Shown here: positions 18,809-33,516 of the stretch, one piece after another
How positions within the stretch are numbered: the first letter of the stretch is position 1
Layout: each line of letters opens with the position of its first letter
Assembly: GCA_902384455.1 (NCBI GenBank)
Contig: CABMCB010000018.1
Span: 19,008-83,007 of the forward strand
Source: an uncultured archaeon
GTDB lineage: Archaea > Altiarchaeota > Altiarchaeia > IMC4 > SCGC-AAA252-I15
Length of the DNA stretch: 64,000 nt
Direction: 5' to 3'
Program-made: the position numbers and the translations under genes
Notes under the pieces: generated by a model
What the model was told of the DNA's origin: nothing
The model's database searches: none
The model's input: only the letters and a program-made list of their open reading frames with translations

Positions 18809-19357
18809 TTATTTGACTGGCACTCCGTTGCGTTCAATCAGGTATATGCCGTCTTGGAATACCCGGTGGTCTCTGTCGAGGATGCGAGTCGCCTGCTCTA
18901 TGTTGGCGGCTGTTTGGCCGACTGATTCCCTGCCGTTTCCTGTGACTGTGAGTATCTGGCCTTTAACTTCTACTTTTGAGTCGCCGATTATTTTCGCTTT
19001 CCGCGGGTTGTGTTCGCCGAGGAAGTTTTCGATTACCAGCTCTTTCCCCTGCGTCTTGATTGTCATGGGGAAGTGGCTGTAGACGAGCTTGAGTTTGGAC
19101 GTGTAACCGTCCGTGACGCCGGTAATCAGGCTTTTGATGTGCGATGACACCGTTCCTGCCACAGCCCGCGTGTTCTTTTTGCTTGCCGCAGACTTGATTG
19201 TGATTTTACCGTCTTTTGACGCGAACTTAAGGCCGGTACCCATGAATGTGCGCGAGACCGTCCCCTTCGGCCCTTTCACCGAGACGGTGTCTCCCGTGAC
19301 TGTGACTTCAATGCCCTGCGGGATTTCCACTTCCATTGAAAGCGCGTTGGATGCCAT
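18809..19357 (-). CDS. rpl6: 50S ribosomal protein uL6
   Basis: VKGPKG, YSHFPM, ENFLGE, GQTAANIEQ, FQDGIY; ATG 19357 avoids overlap with uS8. Confidence 0.95.
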   Translation of the reverse strand: MASNALSMEVEIPQGIEVTVTGDTVSVKGPKGTVSRTFMGTGLKFASKDGKITIKSAASKKNTRAVAGTVSSHIKSLITGVTDGYTSKLKLVYSHFPMTIKTQGKELVIENFLGEHNPRKAKIIGDSKVEVKGQILTVTGNGRESVGQTAANIEQATRILDRDHRVFQDGIYLIERNGVPVK

Positions 19358-19362
19358 GTTGT

Positions 19363-19752
19363 TTAGTAGACGTATGCGAGCAGTTTTCCGCCCAAGTTTT
19401 TCTCGCTTGCTTCGCGGTGGCTCATCACGCCGTTGGACGTTGAGACGACGAGCGTACCCACAGCAAAACTTGGCAGGAAGCGTTTCTCCCATTTGGAAAA
19501 CTCGGCGGCCTTAACCGGGAAGCGTGGCCGGACTATGCCGCAGTCGTTAATCTTTTTGTTGAGGCGTATTTTGACGCCGCCGCCGTGGTTGTTTTCGTAT
19601 GGTTCGGCGGACTCCACGTATCCTTCCTGCGCGAACACACGGAGGATTTCCATAAGAAGCTTGCTTTTCGGCTCTACCGTGAGCTCAGAAGCCCCGATTC
19701 TCTCGTGGTTCTTTATGTCCGCGATGGCGTCGTTAATTATGTCGTGCCTCAT
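19363..19752 (-). CDS. rps8: 30S ribosomal protein uS8
   Basis: INDCGIVRPRF, FLPS, STSNGVMSH, GGKLLAYVY. Confidence 0.96.
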   Translation of the reverse strand: MRHDIINDAIADIKNHERIGASELTVEPKSKLLMEILRVFAQEGYVESAEPYENNHGGGVKIRLNKKINDCGIVRPRFPVKAAEFSKWEKRFLPSFAVGTLVVSTSNGVMSHREASEKNLGGKLLAYVY

Positions 19753-19790
19753 TTTAATCGTAAATTGTTACGAGTAAGTATGAGGACCTG

Positions 19791-20219
19791 CTAGCGCTGA
19801 GGTTTCTCCTTCCTGTGGTGGACTAGCATATCCAAGCTTACGTCGTTGACTTTGATTACTTTGTATCGGACACCTGATAGGTCTCCCATACTGCGGCCTT
19901 TCCTGCCGCCGATTCCTTCTATGGTGACTTCATCGTGCTCTTCGATGAATGTGATGGCTTTGTCTCGGGGGGCGAATGCGGTGCATTGCCTGCCGTTTTT
20001 GATGAGCTGAACCCGCACACACTTGCGGATGGCTGAGTTGGGCTGCTTCGCTTCTATTCCGACCTTCTCAAGGACTATTCCTCTGCCTTGCGGGGCGCCT
20101 TCTAGGGGGTCGTGCTTTTCCTTCAGGTGCAGTATCCGGCGGCTGTAGTCCGCTTTTTTCCAGCGGAGCATGTGCCGGTCGTCCCTCAGTTTTTTAGCTG
20201 CGAATTCTCCGTTACCCAT
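19791..20219 (-). CDS. rps12: 30S ribosomal protein uS12
   Basis: [23 protein letters not shown]. Confidence 0.97.
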   Translation of the reverse strand: MGNGEFAAKKLRDDRHMLRWKKADYSRRILHLKEKHDPLEGAPQGRGIVLEKVGIEAKQPNSAIRKCVRVQLIKNGRQCTAFAPRDKAITFIEEHDEVTIEGIGGRKGRSMGDLSGVRYKVIKVNDVSLDMLVHHRKEKPQR

Positions 20220-20281
20220 TTTTTAGCGTGCAAAAGATAATGTTTTCAGCCTTTAAAAATAAAAGGCCGGTTGTTTTTCCG

Positions 20282-20704
20282 TCAGTACGCTGACGTGACG
20301 TTTAGTTTTATGTTGTGATGTCTTTCCGCCAGCTCCTTGATGACCTTGAGGCGTATGCCCCCCAACCCCATTATTCGGCCGCGGTCGTGCCTGCTTAGTT
20401 CGACGTTGAACGAACCGTCTGTTTCTTTTGTTATGCGGCGTACGCTTGCGGGTTTGAGTATGTTTCGCATGAATTTTTCCGGGTCGTCCGACGATTCGAA
20501 CACCCATACGGTCCGGTTGAGTTTGGAGCGGACTTTTTCTATTGCGGCTCCGCCTTTGCCGACCGCCAGCCCCAAGTCGCCTTCGCGCACAAGGAACGTG
20601 GTCGTATCCTCTTCTTGAAGGCAGTCTATTGCTTTGACGCCCGTGAGATGCTCAAAAGTCGACAGTAACGCTAAGGCATTAGGATCCAGCCTTATGCGGC
20701 CCAC
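20282..20704 (-). CDS. nusA: NusA-like transcription factor (archaeal KH)
   Basis: GLAVGKGG and IMGLGG KH loops; lies between eL30 and uS12. Confidence 0.9.
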   Translation of the reverse strand: MGRIRLDPNALALLSTFEHLTGVKAIDCLQEEDTTTFLVREGDLGLAVGKGGAAIEKVRSKLNRTVWVFESSDDPEKFMRNILKPASVRRITKETDGSFNVELSRHDRGRIMGLGGIRLKVIKELAERHHNIKLNVTSAY

Positions 20705-21001
20705 CTACTCCACCTCAGCGAGGTTGAGTCCCCCTGCGTCCAGTACGGCAAGCGCCGACACTGGGTATGGGTTTACGGTCAACCCGCCGAGTTCGCGCGA
20801 TGACAGTTGGATGGTCTTTAGTGGGATGCCGGCTAGTCGGCTGTAGTAGGCAAGCGTGTCTTGAACTTCTGTTGGGCAGTTGTTGGATAGTACTACAAGC
20901 TTGGGTTCGCCTGTAAGAAGTGCTTCAGTTGTCTGCCTGGTTCCGTAGAGGATTTTTCCTGAGCGTACCAGATTCCCTAAGGCTTCTTTGAGTGTCTTCA
21001 T
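20705..21001 (-). CDS. rpl30e: 50S ribosomal protein eL30
   Basis: SGKILYG, LSNNCP, ELGGL...PYPVSALAV; conserved position. Confidence 0.9.
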   Translation of the reverse strand: MKTLKEALGNLVRSGKILYGTRQTTEALLTGEPKLVVLSNNCPTEVQDTLAYYSRLAGIPLKTIQLSSRELGGLTVNPYPVSALAVLDAGGLNLAEVE

Positions 21002-21004
21002 TTT

Positions 21005-24576
<3,572 letters not shown>

Positions 24577-24586
24577 TTTTTTGGCC

Positions 24587-26392
24587 TCATGCTTTGTCTG
24601 TTAGGTTCAGTTGCGGGTAAATACACATTCCCATTAGCTCGTTTATGAGCAGCTTAAACGCGTACGCGACTTCCACTGGATACGTCGGAATGTCGCCGCA
24701 CTGCGGGCAGTAAATGCGTTTGTTCACGTAATCAACCTCCGCTACTAGGCCGCATTCGCTGCAAATGTGGATTATGACTTTGTCGGACTCGTCCAAGAGG
24801 CGGTCCTTAAGCATCATGCTTGCGCCGTGCCCGATTAAACAGTCTCGCTCCATCTCTCCGAAACGCAAACCACCCTCGCGGGCTCGCCCCTCGGTCGGCT
24901 GACGCGTAAGCATCTGAACCGGACCGCGGCTTCTGGCGTGCATCTTGTTTGCGACCATGTGGTGGAGCTTCTGGTAGTATATGACGCCGATGAATATGTC
25001 GGCCTCTATTTTCTGGCCGGTTTCGCCGTCGTAGAACGCTTCTTTTCCATTGTGCCTGAAGCCGTGCTTCTCAAGGTCTTCCCTCAGGTCGTCTTCGCGT
25101 TCCCCCTTGAATATGGTGCTGTTGATGAAACGCCCCTCCATGCTGCCGACCTTGCCGCCTATCATCTCTAGGACGTGGCCGACCGTCATACGAGACGGGA
25201 TTGCGTGCGGGTTTATTATGAGGTCTGGGACTGTGCCGTCCTTGGTGAAAGGCATGTCTTCATGCGACACTATGAGGCCGACGACTCCTTTTTGCCCGTG
25301 GCGGCTGGCGAATTTGTCTCCCAATTCGGGAACTCGCAGGCTTCTGACTCGGACTTTAGCTAGCTTGTTTTTCTCCAACGTCTCAGTTAGCACGACGCAG
25401 TCCACAACTCCGGATTCCATGTGGCGGACTGTGGTGGACGTTTCACGGCGCATCTCCTCGATGAGGCCGTAAGGTCCGATTTCCTCTAGGAAGCGCGGGG
25501 GGCTTGTCTTCCCGATTAGGACTCCTCCGCTTCCGACGTAAACTTCGGGCAACGTCAGGCCGTCAGGCTCCAAGTTGCCGTATGTCTCCTCGCCTTGAAC
25601 GCCTTCAACGTTTTCGGTGGGAACCTCAAACTTGTCTTTCTGGCCGCTTGGGTACCCGCGCTCTTCGCTCGTGTACGTGCGATAGAATGTGCTGCGACCT
25701 AGGCCGCGCTCTATTGAGCTTTTGTTGAGTATGATGGCGTCCTCCATGTTGTAGCCTTTGTAGCTCATGACCGCCACGACGAAGTTCTGGCCTGCTGGGC
25801 GGTTGTTGTAGTCGAGTACGTCTGTAACGTCGGTCTTGACTAGGGGAGACTGCGGGTAGTGGAGAACGTTTGCCCGGCTGTCGAAGCGCTGGAAGAAGTT
25901 GGACGAATAGAGCCCTAACGTCTGCTTGGACATGGCTGCCGCCATTGTGACTCTGGGGCTGCTGTTGTATTCAGGGTAGGGGGCGAATCCGCTGCTTACT
26001 CCGAGTATGACGCTGGGAGTCACTTCCAGGTGAGTGTGCTCTTCCGTGAGTTTGTCCAAGTAGAGGGATACGTAAGCGTTTTCCTCTTCTTCGGCGTCCA
26101 AGTACTCTATGATTCCCTGCTTGATCAGGTCTTCCCAGAGTATTTTCCCGCTCCTAAGCTCCTTAACCTGTTGCTCAGACAAGAGGGGCTTGCCGTCTTT
26201 GACTACTATGAGGGGGCGAAGCACCCGACCTTTGTCGGTATAAATCTGGACTTCGTTGTTTTCCTCCGAGTAGGTGATTGCAACAGAGTAGTTTATTTCT
26301 CCGCGGCGGCGGAAGTCGCGCAGACGCCCAACCAGCTTCTGAGGCTGACTGTGCTCGCCAATTAATCGGCCGTTAAGGTATACGCCAGTCAT
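24587..26392 (-). CDS. rpoB1: RNA polymerase subunit B' (Rpo2C)
   Basis: [32 protein letters not shown]. Confidence 0.98.
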   Translation of the reverse strand: MTGVYLNGRLIGEHSQPQKLVGRLRDFRRRGEINYSVAITYSEENNEVQIYTDKGRVLRPLIVVKDGKPLLSEQQVKELRSGKILWEDLIKQGIIEYLDAEEEENAYVSLYLDKLTEEHTHLEVTPSVILGVSSGFAPYPEYNSSPRVTMAAAMSKQTLGLYSSNFFQRFDSRANVLHYPQSPLVKTDVTDVLDYNNRPAGQNFVVAVMSYKGYNMEDAIILNKSSIERGLGRSTFYRTYTSEERGYPSGQKDKFEVPTENVEGVQGEETYGNLEPDGLTLPEVYVGSGGVLIGKTSPPRFLEEIGPYGLIEEMRRETSTTVRHMESGVVDCVVLTETLEKNKLAKVRVRSLRVPELGDKFASRHGQKGVVGLIVSHEDMPFTKDGTVPDLIINPHAIPSRMTVGHVLEMIGGKVGSMEGRFINSTIFKGEREDDLREDLEKHGFRHNGKEAFYDGETGQKIEADIFIGVIYYQKLHHMVANKMHARSRGPVQMLTRQPTEGRAREGGLRFGEMERDCLIGHGASMMLKDRLLDESDKVIIHICSECGLVAEVDYVNKRIYCPQCGDIPTYPVEVAYAFKLLINELMGMCIYPQLNLTDKA

Positions 26393-26397
26393 TTTAG

Positions 26398-27831
26398 TTA
26401 TACGCCAAATTCGTGAAGGTATTTCTCGACGGCTTTCTCGTCGATTTCAGGTGAAATGACAGAGCCCACTGCTAGGTTCTTTACGAGCCCGCAGTTCTGC
26501 CCTTCAGGAGTCTCGTTGGGGCATATGCGCCCCCACTGCGTCGCGTGAAGGTCTCGAGCTTCGAAGTGCGGGTGACTCCGTGACAGGAGACTTGATACGC
26601 GGCGGCGGTGGGCAATTGACGCCAGGTGGTTGGTTCTGTCCAATACTTGGCTTACCCCGCTTCTTCCGCCGGTCCAGTTTCCTGTCGCAAGAGCGTAGTT
26701 GATTGACTCAGTCAGGTTGTTTGAGCGGACAGCAGTCTTGATGTTGACTTGCCTGTGCCGAGCATGCTGCTTCTCCAGCTGGTACTTGATGTCGCGGCTG
26801 ATTTTGTTGAAACTGACTCTGAACAACTCCTGCATGAGGTCTCCGGCAAGGCGCAACCGCTTGTTGCTGTAATGGTCCTTGTCGTCCGGCTCCCTCTTAT
26901 CCAAATCAAGGTCTATGACCTTCTGCGCCATAATGGCAAGATACCTCGCCTTGGCCTTCCGGTCATCCTCGGTGTTGCCTATGTGCGGGAGAAGGAAATT
27001 GTTTATGACCTGGTTGGCTCGAGTCGCCTGATACTGCTTGGCGTGGCCTGCGCCGGCCCGCTTACCCAAGTAATCGAATGCTTCCGCGCCCTCCATGTCC
27101 TTTAGTTCAAGGTTGAGTGTGACTTCGAGCTTGGCGTCGTCGTCGAACTGGTCGAGTATCTCGTCGGTGGTCATCCCCAACGCCTTCATTAGTATTGTGA
27201 GGTTGATTCTGTTGGGTATGCCGGGGAAAGTGACAAACAAGCTTCCGCTTCCTGCGGTCTCCCTTTTTTCCACCGTCACGCGGCTTCTGAAGCCCTGCCT
27301 AACTGAAAAGACCTTTGCCACAACAACGTCTTTCCCGGCTATAGTCTCCTTTGTGGTGACTATTCTGTTGGGAGCAAGGTCCTCGACGATAATGAGGCTT
27401 CTCTCGGTCCCGTTTATTATGAAGTATCCGCCCAAATCCTCAGGGTCTTCGCCGGATTCGATCAACTCCTGACGAGACAACCCATGAAGCATGCAGATGT
27501 TGGAGTCCAACATTACCGGCAGATAACCCACCTCCACCTCAACGGACTCGCCATTCTGCTTGAACTCCAAAAGAATTGGAGCGCTATAAGTAAGGTTTCT
27601 AAGACGGCACTCAAAAGGCGACCGGGGAACAGGCCCCTCACCGGACTCGTTCACACGGGGACTCCCCACGCGAATCTTGCCCAACTCAAGAGCATAATCA
27701 GGAATATCAATCTCCAACGCGCCTTTCTCGTCAATGACCTCCTGAAGGCCGCGTTCTATAAGCCAGTTGTAGCTGTCCAGTTGAAAGCGAGTCAAATCCT
27801 CGCGTTTAACGAAATCTTGTATGCTAAGCAC
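26398..27831 (-). CDS. rpoB2: RNA polymerase subunit B'' (Rpo2N)
   Basis: [36 protein letters not shown]. Confidence 0.97.
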   Translation of the reverse strand: MLSIQDFVKREDLTRFQLDSYNWLIERGLQEVIDEKGALEIDIPDYALELGKIRVGSPRVNESGEGPVPRSPFECRLRNLTYSAPILLEFKQNGESVEVEVGYLPVMLDSNICMLHGLSRQELIESGEDPEDLGGYFIINGTERSLIIVEDLAPNRIVTTKETIAGKDVVVAKVFSVRQGFRSRVTVEKRETAGSGSLFVTFPGIPNRINLTILMKALGMTTDEILDQFDDDAKLEVTLNLELKDMEGAEAFDYLGKRAGAGHAKQYQATRANQVINNFLLPHIGNTEDDRKAKARYLAIMAQKVIDLDLDKREPDDKDHYSNKRLRLAGDLMQELFRVSFNKISRDIKYQLEKQHARHRQVNIKTAVRSNNLTESINYALATGNWTGGRSGVSQVLDRTNHLASIAHRRRVSSLLSRSHPHFEARDLHATQWGRICPNETPEGQNCGLVKNLAVGSVISPEIDEKAVEKYLHEFGV

Positions 27832-27842
27832 TTTTTTACCCC

Positions 27843-28061
27843 TTACAATACTACACGATAGTAGAAGCTTTTGCCGACACCCTGAGTGTTGCGGGAAATG
27901 CGAATCAAATCCCCGGACTTAGGTTCAAGGGCGGCTACCGCCGGATCAGTCTTCCTTATTTTAGGAAATTCCTCCGGGGAAGCCGAATACTTATCAAAAA
28001 CCTTTTTGGCTTCTTCAGGAGACAAAATTTCATGTTTCGGCACCAGTACGTTATCAATCAA
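27843..28061 (-). CDS. rpoH: RNA polymerase subunit H (Rpo5)
   Basis: LVPKHEIL, PKIRKTDP, YYRVV. Confidence 0.95.
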   Translation of the reverse strand: MIDNVLVPKHEILSPEEAKKVFDKYSASPEEFPKIRKTDPAVAALEPKSGDLIRISRNTQGVGKSFYYRVVL

Positions 28062-28248
28062 ATTGCATACCCCCCGCTAAGAGAAACAAAGTAAGCCAAT
28101 TATTAGTCTTGACTAATATATAAATGTATTTATTTTAGCAATCTCACGCAAATCGTACCCCGCGCGCCCTCAGCCAGTCGATTAAGACCAAATTATCCTT
28201 AAAGGAGCTTATTTTATCACGCACCCCCATATAAAAGGCGTTAACTCA

Positions 28249-29547
28249 ATGACGACCATAATACTCGGCGGAGGACTCGCCGGCCTCTCTCTCGCACACT
28301 TCCTAAAAGACGATTCGATAGTGTTGGAGAAAGAGGAGCAGACAGGCGGCTTATGCAGGAGCTTCCAGCTGAACGGCGTGTCCTACGATGTCGGTCCGCA
28401 CATTATGTTCTCAAGAAACCACGTGGTTCTTGATGAAATGGTTTCTCTGGTTGAGACAAGCAGAATAAAGAGGTCCAACAAGATTTTTCATAAAGGCCGT
28501 TTGGTGAAGTATCCTTTTGAGAACGATTTGGCTGCGCTTGAGCCGGCGGAGCGCGATTATTGCCTTAAGGAGTTTTTGAGCAACCCTTATGAGGGTTATG
28601 GCGCTGGGAACATGCTCCATTTTTTCCTTAAGACGTTTGGCGAGGGGATTACGAAGCTGTATCTTCAGCCGTATAACGAGAAGATTTGGAAGTTCGACCC
28701 CGCTTTCATGGACACCCAGATGGTTGAGCGCATCCCCAAGCCGCCTAAGGAGGACATCATAAAGTCCGCGCAGGGTGTGGAGACTGAGGGCTACGTTCAT
28801 CAGCTTTACTTTCATTATCCGAAAAAGGGGGGGATACAATGCCTCGTTGATGCGTACAGGAATCTCGCTTCTAAGAAGGCGAAGATAGTCAGTTCCGTGA
28901 ATATTCGCAAGATAGGGAAGGATAAGGGCGGTTGGATTGTTGAGACGGACAAGGGACGTTTCAGCGGGAAAACACTAATCAACTGCATGCCGCTGCACGA
29001 ACTATTCCAGTACATTGAAGCGCCCGACGAGATAAGGAACACCCTTAATGAACTGAAATACAACTCCCTCTACACGATAACTGTGCAATCCAAGAAAGAC
29101 AACGCCGGCGACAACTTCGCGCTCAACTTCGCAGACAAAAACGTCGTATTCCACAGGATTTCAAAGCTGAATTTCCTCGGGAAAAACTACTGCCTGCCAA
29201 AAGGCGGCTCCACAATAATTGCGGAAATAACATACCGACCCGAAAGCTACCTGGCAGGATTCACCGACGAGGAAATTAAGCAGAAGGTGCTGGACGACCT
29301 TGAGGCCTTGAAGTTGGTGAAGAAAACGGACGTCACTGCGGTAGAGCTTAGGAAGTTCAAGTACGCATACGTTATATACGATTTAAGCCACAGGAAAAAC
29401 GCTGCCAAAGTACTGCAATACCTAAAGGGTATTGGCATACGGTGCTGCGGCAGATTTGCCGAATTCGAGTATCTTAACATGGACCAGACGATAGAGCACA
29501 GCCATAATTTGGCCGACGAATTCAACGGGGTGTCTCATGGCGGATAA
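28249..29547 (+). CDS. FAD-dependent oxidoreductase (UDP-galactopyranose mutase/HemY-like family)
   Basis: GGGLAGL Rossmann motif, GGLCRS, DVGPH, PYNEKIW, GRFAEFEYLNMD. Confidence 0.8.
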   Translation: MTTIILGGGLAGLSLAHFLKDDSIVLEKEEQTGGLCRSFQLNGVSYDVGPHIMFSRNHVVLDEMVSLVETSRIKRSNKIFHKGRLVKYPFENDLAALEPAERDYCLKEFLSNPYEGYGAGNMLHFFLKTFGEGITKLYLQPYNEKIWKFDPAFMDTQMVERIPKPPKEDIIKSAQGVETEGYVHQLYFHYPKKGGIQCLVDAYRNLASKKAKIVSSVNIRKIGKDKGGWIVETDKGRFSGKTLINCMPLHELFQYIEAPDEIRNTLNELKYNSLYTITVQSKKDNAGDNFALNFADKNVVFHRISKLNFLGKNYCLPKGGSTIIAEITYRPESYLAGFTDEEIKQKVLDDLEALKLVKKTDVTAVELRKFKYAYVIYDLSHRKNAAKVLQYLKGIGIRCCGRFAEFEYLNMDQTIEHSHNLADEFNGVSHGG

Positions 29548-30235
29548 AATCACGGTTTCTGTTGTTATGCCGAGTTTTAACGAGGAGGAGGCTATTGGGC
29601 GGATGATTGAGAGCATCAGGGAGAACACTAAGGATTTTGAGACGGAGATTTTGCTTGTGGATTCCAGCAAGGATAGGACTCCTGAAATCGCAAGGCAGAT
29701 GGGCGCCAAAGTTATCGTCCAGCCGCCTCAGGGCCATGGAGTGGCGTTGAGGACTGCCATATCCAGTGCTTCAAACGACGTTATTATCACATCGGACTGC
29801 GACAACACTTATCCTATGGAGTACATCCCCAAACTGGTTGATTTAGCGGTTAATGAGGGGTACGACGTGGTTTCCTGCAACAGGCTGACTAAGGAATTGG
29901 GGAAGCAGATGCCTTTCACAAACAAAGTAGGGAACACCTTGTTTGCGACGTTAGTCCGAGTTCTGTATGGAGTGAAAGTTCACGACGTAAGCACCGGAAT
30001 GTTCTGCCTGCGCCGCGACGCAGTAAATAAGATGACGTGGGAAACCAACTACTCTTTCCCGTGCGAGCTGATACTAAAGTCTGCGCGCGCAGGACTCAAA
30101 CACAAGGAAATAGACATCCCGTATAGGATAAGAATCGGCGAAGTCACCCTGAACAAGTGGAGAAGCGGGAAAGCTTACATCCTGTGCATTTTCAAATATA
30201 GGTTTAATCTCCCCATTAATCCCAAGAAGCTTTAA
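29537..30235 (+). CDS. Glycosyltransferase family 2 (polyprenol-phosphate glycosyltransferase-like)
   Basis: MPSFNEEE, DCD DxD motif, HDVSTG, IPYRIRIGE. Confidence 0.85.
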   Translation: MADKITVSVVMPSFNEEEAIGRMIESIRENTKDFETEILLVDSSKDRTPEIARQMGAKVIVQPPQGHGVALRTAISSASNDVIITSDCDNTYPMEYIPKLVDLAVNEGYDVVSCNRLTKELGKQMPFTNKVGNTLFATLVRVLYGVKVHDVSTGMFCLRRDAVNKMTWETNYSFPCELILKSARAGLKHKEIDIPYRIRIGEVTLNKWRSGKAYILCIFKYRFNLPINPKKL

Positions 30236-30245
30236 AGAGTATACC

Positions 30246-31190
30246 ATGAAAATCCTGGTGACTGGGGGCGCGGGTTTTGTGGGAAGCCACCTTACGGAGC
30301 ATCTGCTTAAACTGGGCCACAACGTCGTTGCAGTCGACGACCTAAGCCTGGGAACCCTTGAGAACATACGTGGATTCGAAAAAAACCCGAGGTTCACTTT
30401 CATTAAGCTAAACCTTCTTGCCAAAAAACGCACAGAAGAACTTTTCAAAAAAAACAAATTCGACTGCGTATTCCACCTGGCCGCAAACTCCGACATACAA
30501 AAAAGCAGGCTTTACCCCAGCATCGACCTCAAGAAGACTTTCATGACGACGTACAACGTGCTGGAGTGCATGAGGTCTGCGGGGGTTGAGCAAATCGTTT
30601 TCACGTCCAGCTCCGCGATATACGGGGAGACCGACCAGCGAATACACGAAGATTTAGGCCCTCTTCTGCCCACGTCCTTTTACGGGGCGGCGAAACTAAG
30701 CTCTGAAGGATTCATCAGCGCGTTCTGCGTTAACTACGGCATAAAGGCGTGGATACTCAGGTTCCCAAACGTTGTGGGAGAGCGGGCTACTCACGGCGTA
30801 GTCTACGACTTCGTCCGGAAGCTGAAGAAGAACCCGAAAGAACTTGAGATACTAGGAGACGGCAAACAGGAGAAACCCTACGCATACGTCAAAGACATCG
30901 TCGAAGGAATCATATACGCATGGAAACACTCCAACGACGACATCAACATCTTCAACCTTGGCACGCAAACCACCACCACAGTAACCAAAATAGCCCAAAC
31001 ACTCGTAACGGAAATGAACCTGAAAAACGTGAAGTTCAAGTACACCGGAGGAGACAGAGGATGGACCGGCGACGTGCCAAAATACCAATACGACCTAACC
31101 AAAATCCACAAACTAGGCTGGAAAGCCAAACATAACTCCGACCAAGCAGTACGCACCGCAATAAAAGCCATCCTCAAAAACGGAAGATAA
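30246..31190 (+). CDS. NAD-dependent nucleotide-sugar epimerase/dehydratase
   Basis: TGGAGFVG, SSSAIYG, YGAAK (YxxxK), RFPNVVG. Confidence 0.9.
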   Translation: MKILVTGGAGFVGSHLTEHLLKLGHNVVAVDDLSLGTLENIRGFEKNPRFTFIKLNLLAKKRTEELFKKNKFDCVFHLAANSDIQKSRLYPSIDLKKTFMTTYNVLECMRSAGVEQIVFTSSSAIYGETDQRIHEDLGPLLPTSFYGAAKLSSEGFISAFCVNYGIKAWILRFPNVVGERATHGVVYDFVRKLKKNPKELEILGDGKQEKPYAYVKDIVEGIIYAWKHSNDDINIFNLGTQTTTTVTKIAQTLVTEMNLKNVKFKYTGGDRGWTGDVPKYQYDLTKIHKLGWKAKHNSDQAVRTAIKAILKNGR

Positions 31191-31195
31191 AAACA

Positions 31196-32491
31196 ATGAA
31201 GGCCGTAATACTTGCGGGAGGGAAGGGAACGCGCCTGGGGGAACTAACCCGCAACGTACCCAAGCCGATGGTTAAAATAGGCGAAAAAACCCTTCTTGAA
31301 CACAACATAAACCTCCTTACGAGGTACGGCATCAAAGACGAAATCATAATAACCACAGGCCACCTCGCAGACGCCATCGAAGACCACTTCAAAGACGGAA
31401 AAGAATACGGCGTATCAATAACTTACTACCGCGAGGAAACGCCGCTTGGGACGACAGGCGCACTCAAGGAACTTGAAGGCAAACTCACCCACGACTTTCT
31501 GGTGCTCTCAGGAGACGTCCTGACGAACATGGACCTCAAACGGCTCATCGAATACCACAAGAAGAAAAAAGCCACCGCAACCCTTGTCCTGCACCCAAAC
31601 GACCACCCCTACGACAGCGACCTTGCGGAAATCGACGACGAAGGCAGAATCACCGCATTCATACCCAAACCCCACGACGACGGCAGACTCCACAAGAACC
31701 TCGTGAACGCAGGACTCTACGTTCTGTCGCCCAACGCGCTTGGGCATATTCACCGCGGTAAAGGCGACTTTGGGAAAGACCTATTCCCCCGCCTAATCAA
31801 AACCGAACCAATATACGGCTACGTCACCACCGAATACATTAAGGACGCCGGAACGCCACAACGCCTTGAAGAAGTCACTGCGGCGTACGTAAGCGGAAAA
31901 TCCGAGCGACGAAACCTGGAGCACAAGCAGAAGGCGATTTTCCTGGATCGAGACGGCGTAATCAACAAGGAAATAAACCTGCTCCACCGCAAAGAAGACT
32001 TTGAGCTTCTGCCCGGCTCGGCCGAAGCAATAAAGAAAATCAACCAATCAGACTACCTCGCCATCGTGGCGACTAACCAGCCGGTTGTGGCCAGAAACCT
32101 GTGCAGCATCGAGGACGTGAAGGGGATACACATGAAGATGGAGACGCTTCTTGGGGAAAAAGGCGCCTACGTTGACGCCGTATATTTCTGCCCGCACCAC
32201 CCCGACAAAGGATACCCGGAAGAGAACCCGGCATACAAGATTGAGTGCTCATGCAGGAAGCCTAAGACCGGGATGATTGACGAAGCGGTTGCGGCATACA
32301 ACATAGACCGCCATGAGTCATACATCATAGGAGACTCCCAACGCGACGTTCAATGCGGGAAAAACGCGGGACTCACCGCAATAGGCATAAGAAACGCGTC
32401 ATCAAGCCAACCCGTCAAAGAAGCGGACCACGTCTTCGAAAGCCTTAATGACGCCGTAGACTTCATCCTCGACAAAAAAAAACAAAGCTAA
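31196..32491 (+). CDS. Fused sugar-phosphate nucleotidyltransferase (HddC-like) and heptose-1,7-bisphosphate phosphatase (GmhB-like)
   Basis: LAGGKGTRL...PKPM at the N-terminus; FLDRDGVIN, TNQ, CPHHP, CSCRKP and IGD HAD-IIIA motifs at the C-terminus. Confidence 0.9.
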   Translation: MKAVILAGGKGTRLGELTRNVPKPMVKIGEKTLLEHNINLLTRYGIKDEIIITTGHLADAIEDHFKDGKEYGVSITYYREETPLGTTGALKELEGKLTHDFLVLSGDVLTNMDLKRLIEYHKKKKATATLVLHPNDHPYDSDLAEIDDEGRITAFIPKPHDDGRLHKNLVNAGLYVLSPNALGHIHRGKGDFGKDLFPRLIKTEPIYGYVTTEYIKDAGTPQRLEEVTAAYVSGKSERRNLEHKQKAIFLDRDGVINKEINLLHRKEDFELLPGSAEAIKKINQSDYLAIVATNQPVVARNLCSIEDVKGIHMKMETLLGEKGAYVDAVYFCPHHPDKGYPEENPAYKIECSCRKPKTGMIDEAVAAYNIDRHESYIIGDSQRDVQCGKNAGLTAIGIRNASSSQPVKEADHVFESLNDAVDFILDKKKQS

Positions 32492-32526
32492 GCTGATATA
32501 AACAGAAAACAAATAGACGACCGCCA

Positions 32527-33516
32527 ATGATAATCACAAAAACGCCCTTCCGCGTCAGCTTCGTCGGAGGAGGCTCCGACGTAAAAGAATTCTACGAACA
32601 AAGCCCCGGAGCGGTACTATCCACCACCATAAACAAATACATGTACATAAGCTCCCACCGCTTCTTCGACGTAGACAAAATACGAGTCAAATACTCCAAA
32701 ACAGAAACCGCATCAAACGTAAACGAAATAGAACACCCCATAGTACGAGAAGTACTCAAAAAATTCAAGATAGAAGGCGCAATAGAAATAAGCTCAAACG
32801 CCGACGTACCCGCAGGAACAGGACTCGGCTCATCCTCATCATTCACCGTAGGCCTGCTGCACAACCTATACGCACGCCAAGGCAAACACACCACAAAAGA
32901 AAAACTCGCAGAAGAAGCATGCGACATAGAAATAAGCCGCCTAAAGGAACCAATCGGCAAACAAGACCAGTACGCCGCCGCCTTCGGCGGACTCAACGTC
33001 CTCACATTCAGCCCGACCGGCAAAGTCGCAGTCGAACCCATCCACTTAAAAAAAGACACGTTCGAAGAGCTCCAGAAAAACCTCCTCATGTTCTACACCG
33101 GCGACCAAAGAAAAACTTCCGCCATACTTGAAGAGCAAAAGAAGAACATGCAGTCCGAAGACAAAGTAGAAACGCTCAAGAAAATGGTGGCGCTCGTAGG
33201 GGAACTCAGAAACGCACTATACAACGGAGACCTCAACGAATTCGGACAACTACTCAACCAAAACTGGACGCTAAAACAAAAACTCGCCTCCAAAATAACC
33301 AACCCACAAATAAACGCCCACTACGAAAAAGCCCTCAAAAACGGCGCACTAGGCGGAAAACTACTGGGAGCAGGCGGAGGAGGATTCTTACTCTTCTACT
33401 GCGAAGAAGGAAAACAAGACAAACTAAGAAACGCCCTCACCCCACTAAGAGAACTCACATTCAAATTCGACACAGAAGGAAGCAAAGTAATCTACGTAGG
33501 TGACGAATATGACTGA
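32527..33516 (+). CDS. hddA: D-glycero-alpha-D-manno-heptose-7-phosphate kinase (GHMP family)
   Basis: TPFRVSFVGGGSD, PAGTGLGSSS, GKQDQYAAAFGG, KLLGAGGGG. Confidence 0.85.
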   Translation: MIITKTPFRVSFVGGGSDVKEFYEQSPGAVLSTTINKYMYISSHRFFDVDKIRVKYSKTETASNVNEIEHPIVREVLKKFKIEGAIEISSNADVPAGTGLGSSSSFTVGLLHNLYARQGKHTTKEKLAEEACDIEISRLKEPIGKQDQYAAAFGGLNVLTFSPTGKVAVEPIHLKKDTFEELQKNLLMFYTGDQRKTSAILEEQKKNMQSEDKVETLKKMVALVGELRNALYNGDLNEFGQLLNQNWTLKQKLASKITNPQINAHYEKALKNGALGGKLLGAGGGGFLLFYCEEGKQDKLRNALTPLRELTFKFDTEGSKVIYVGDEYD

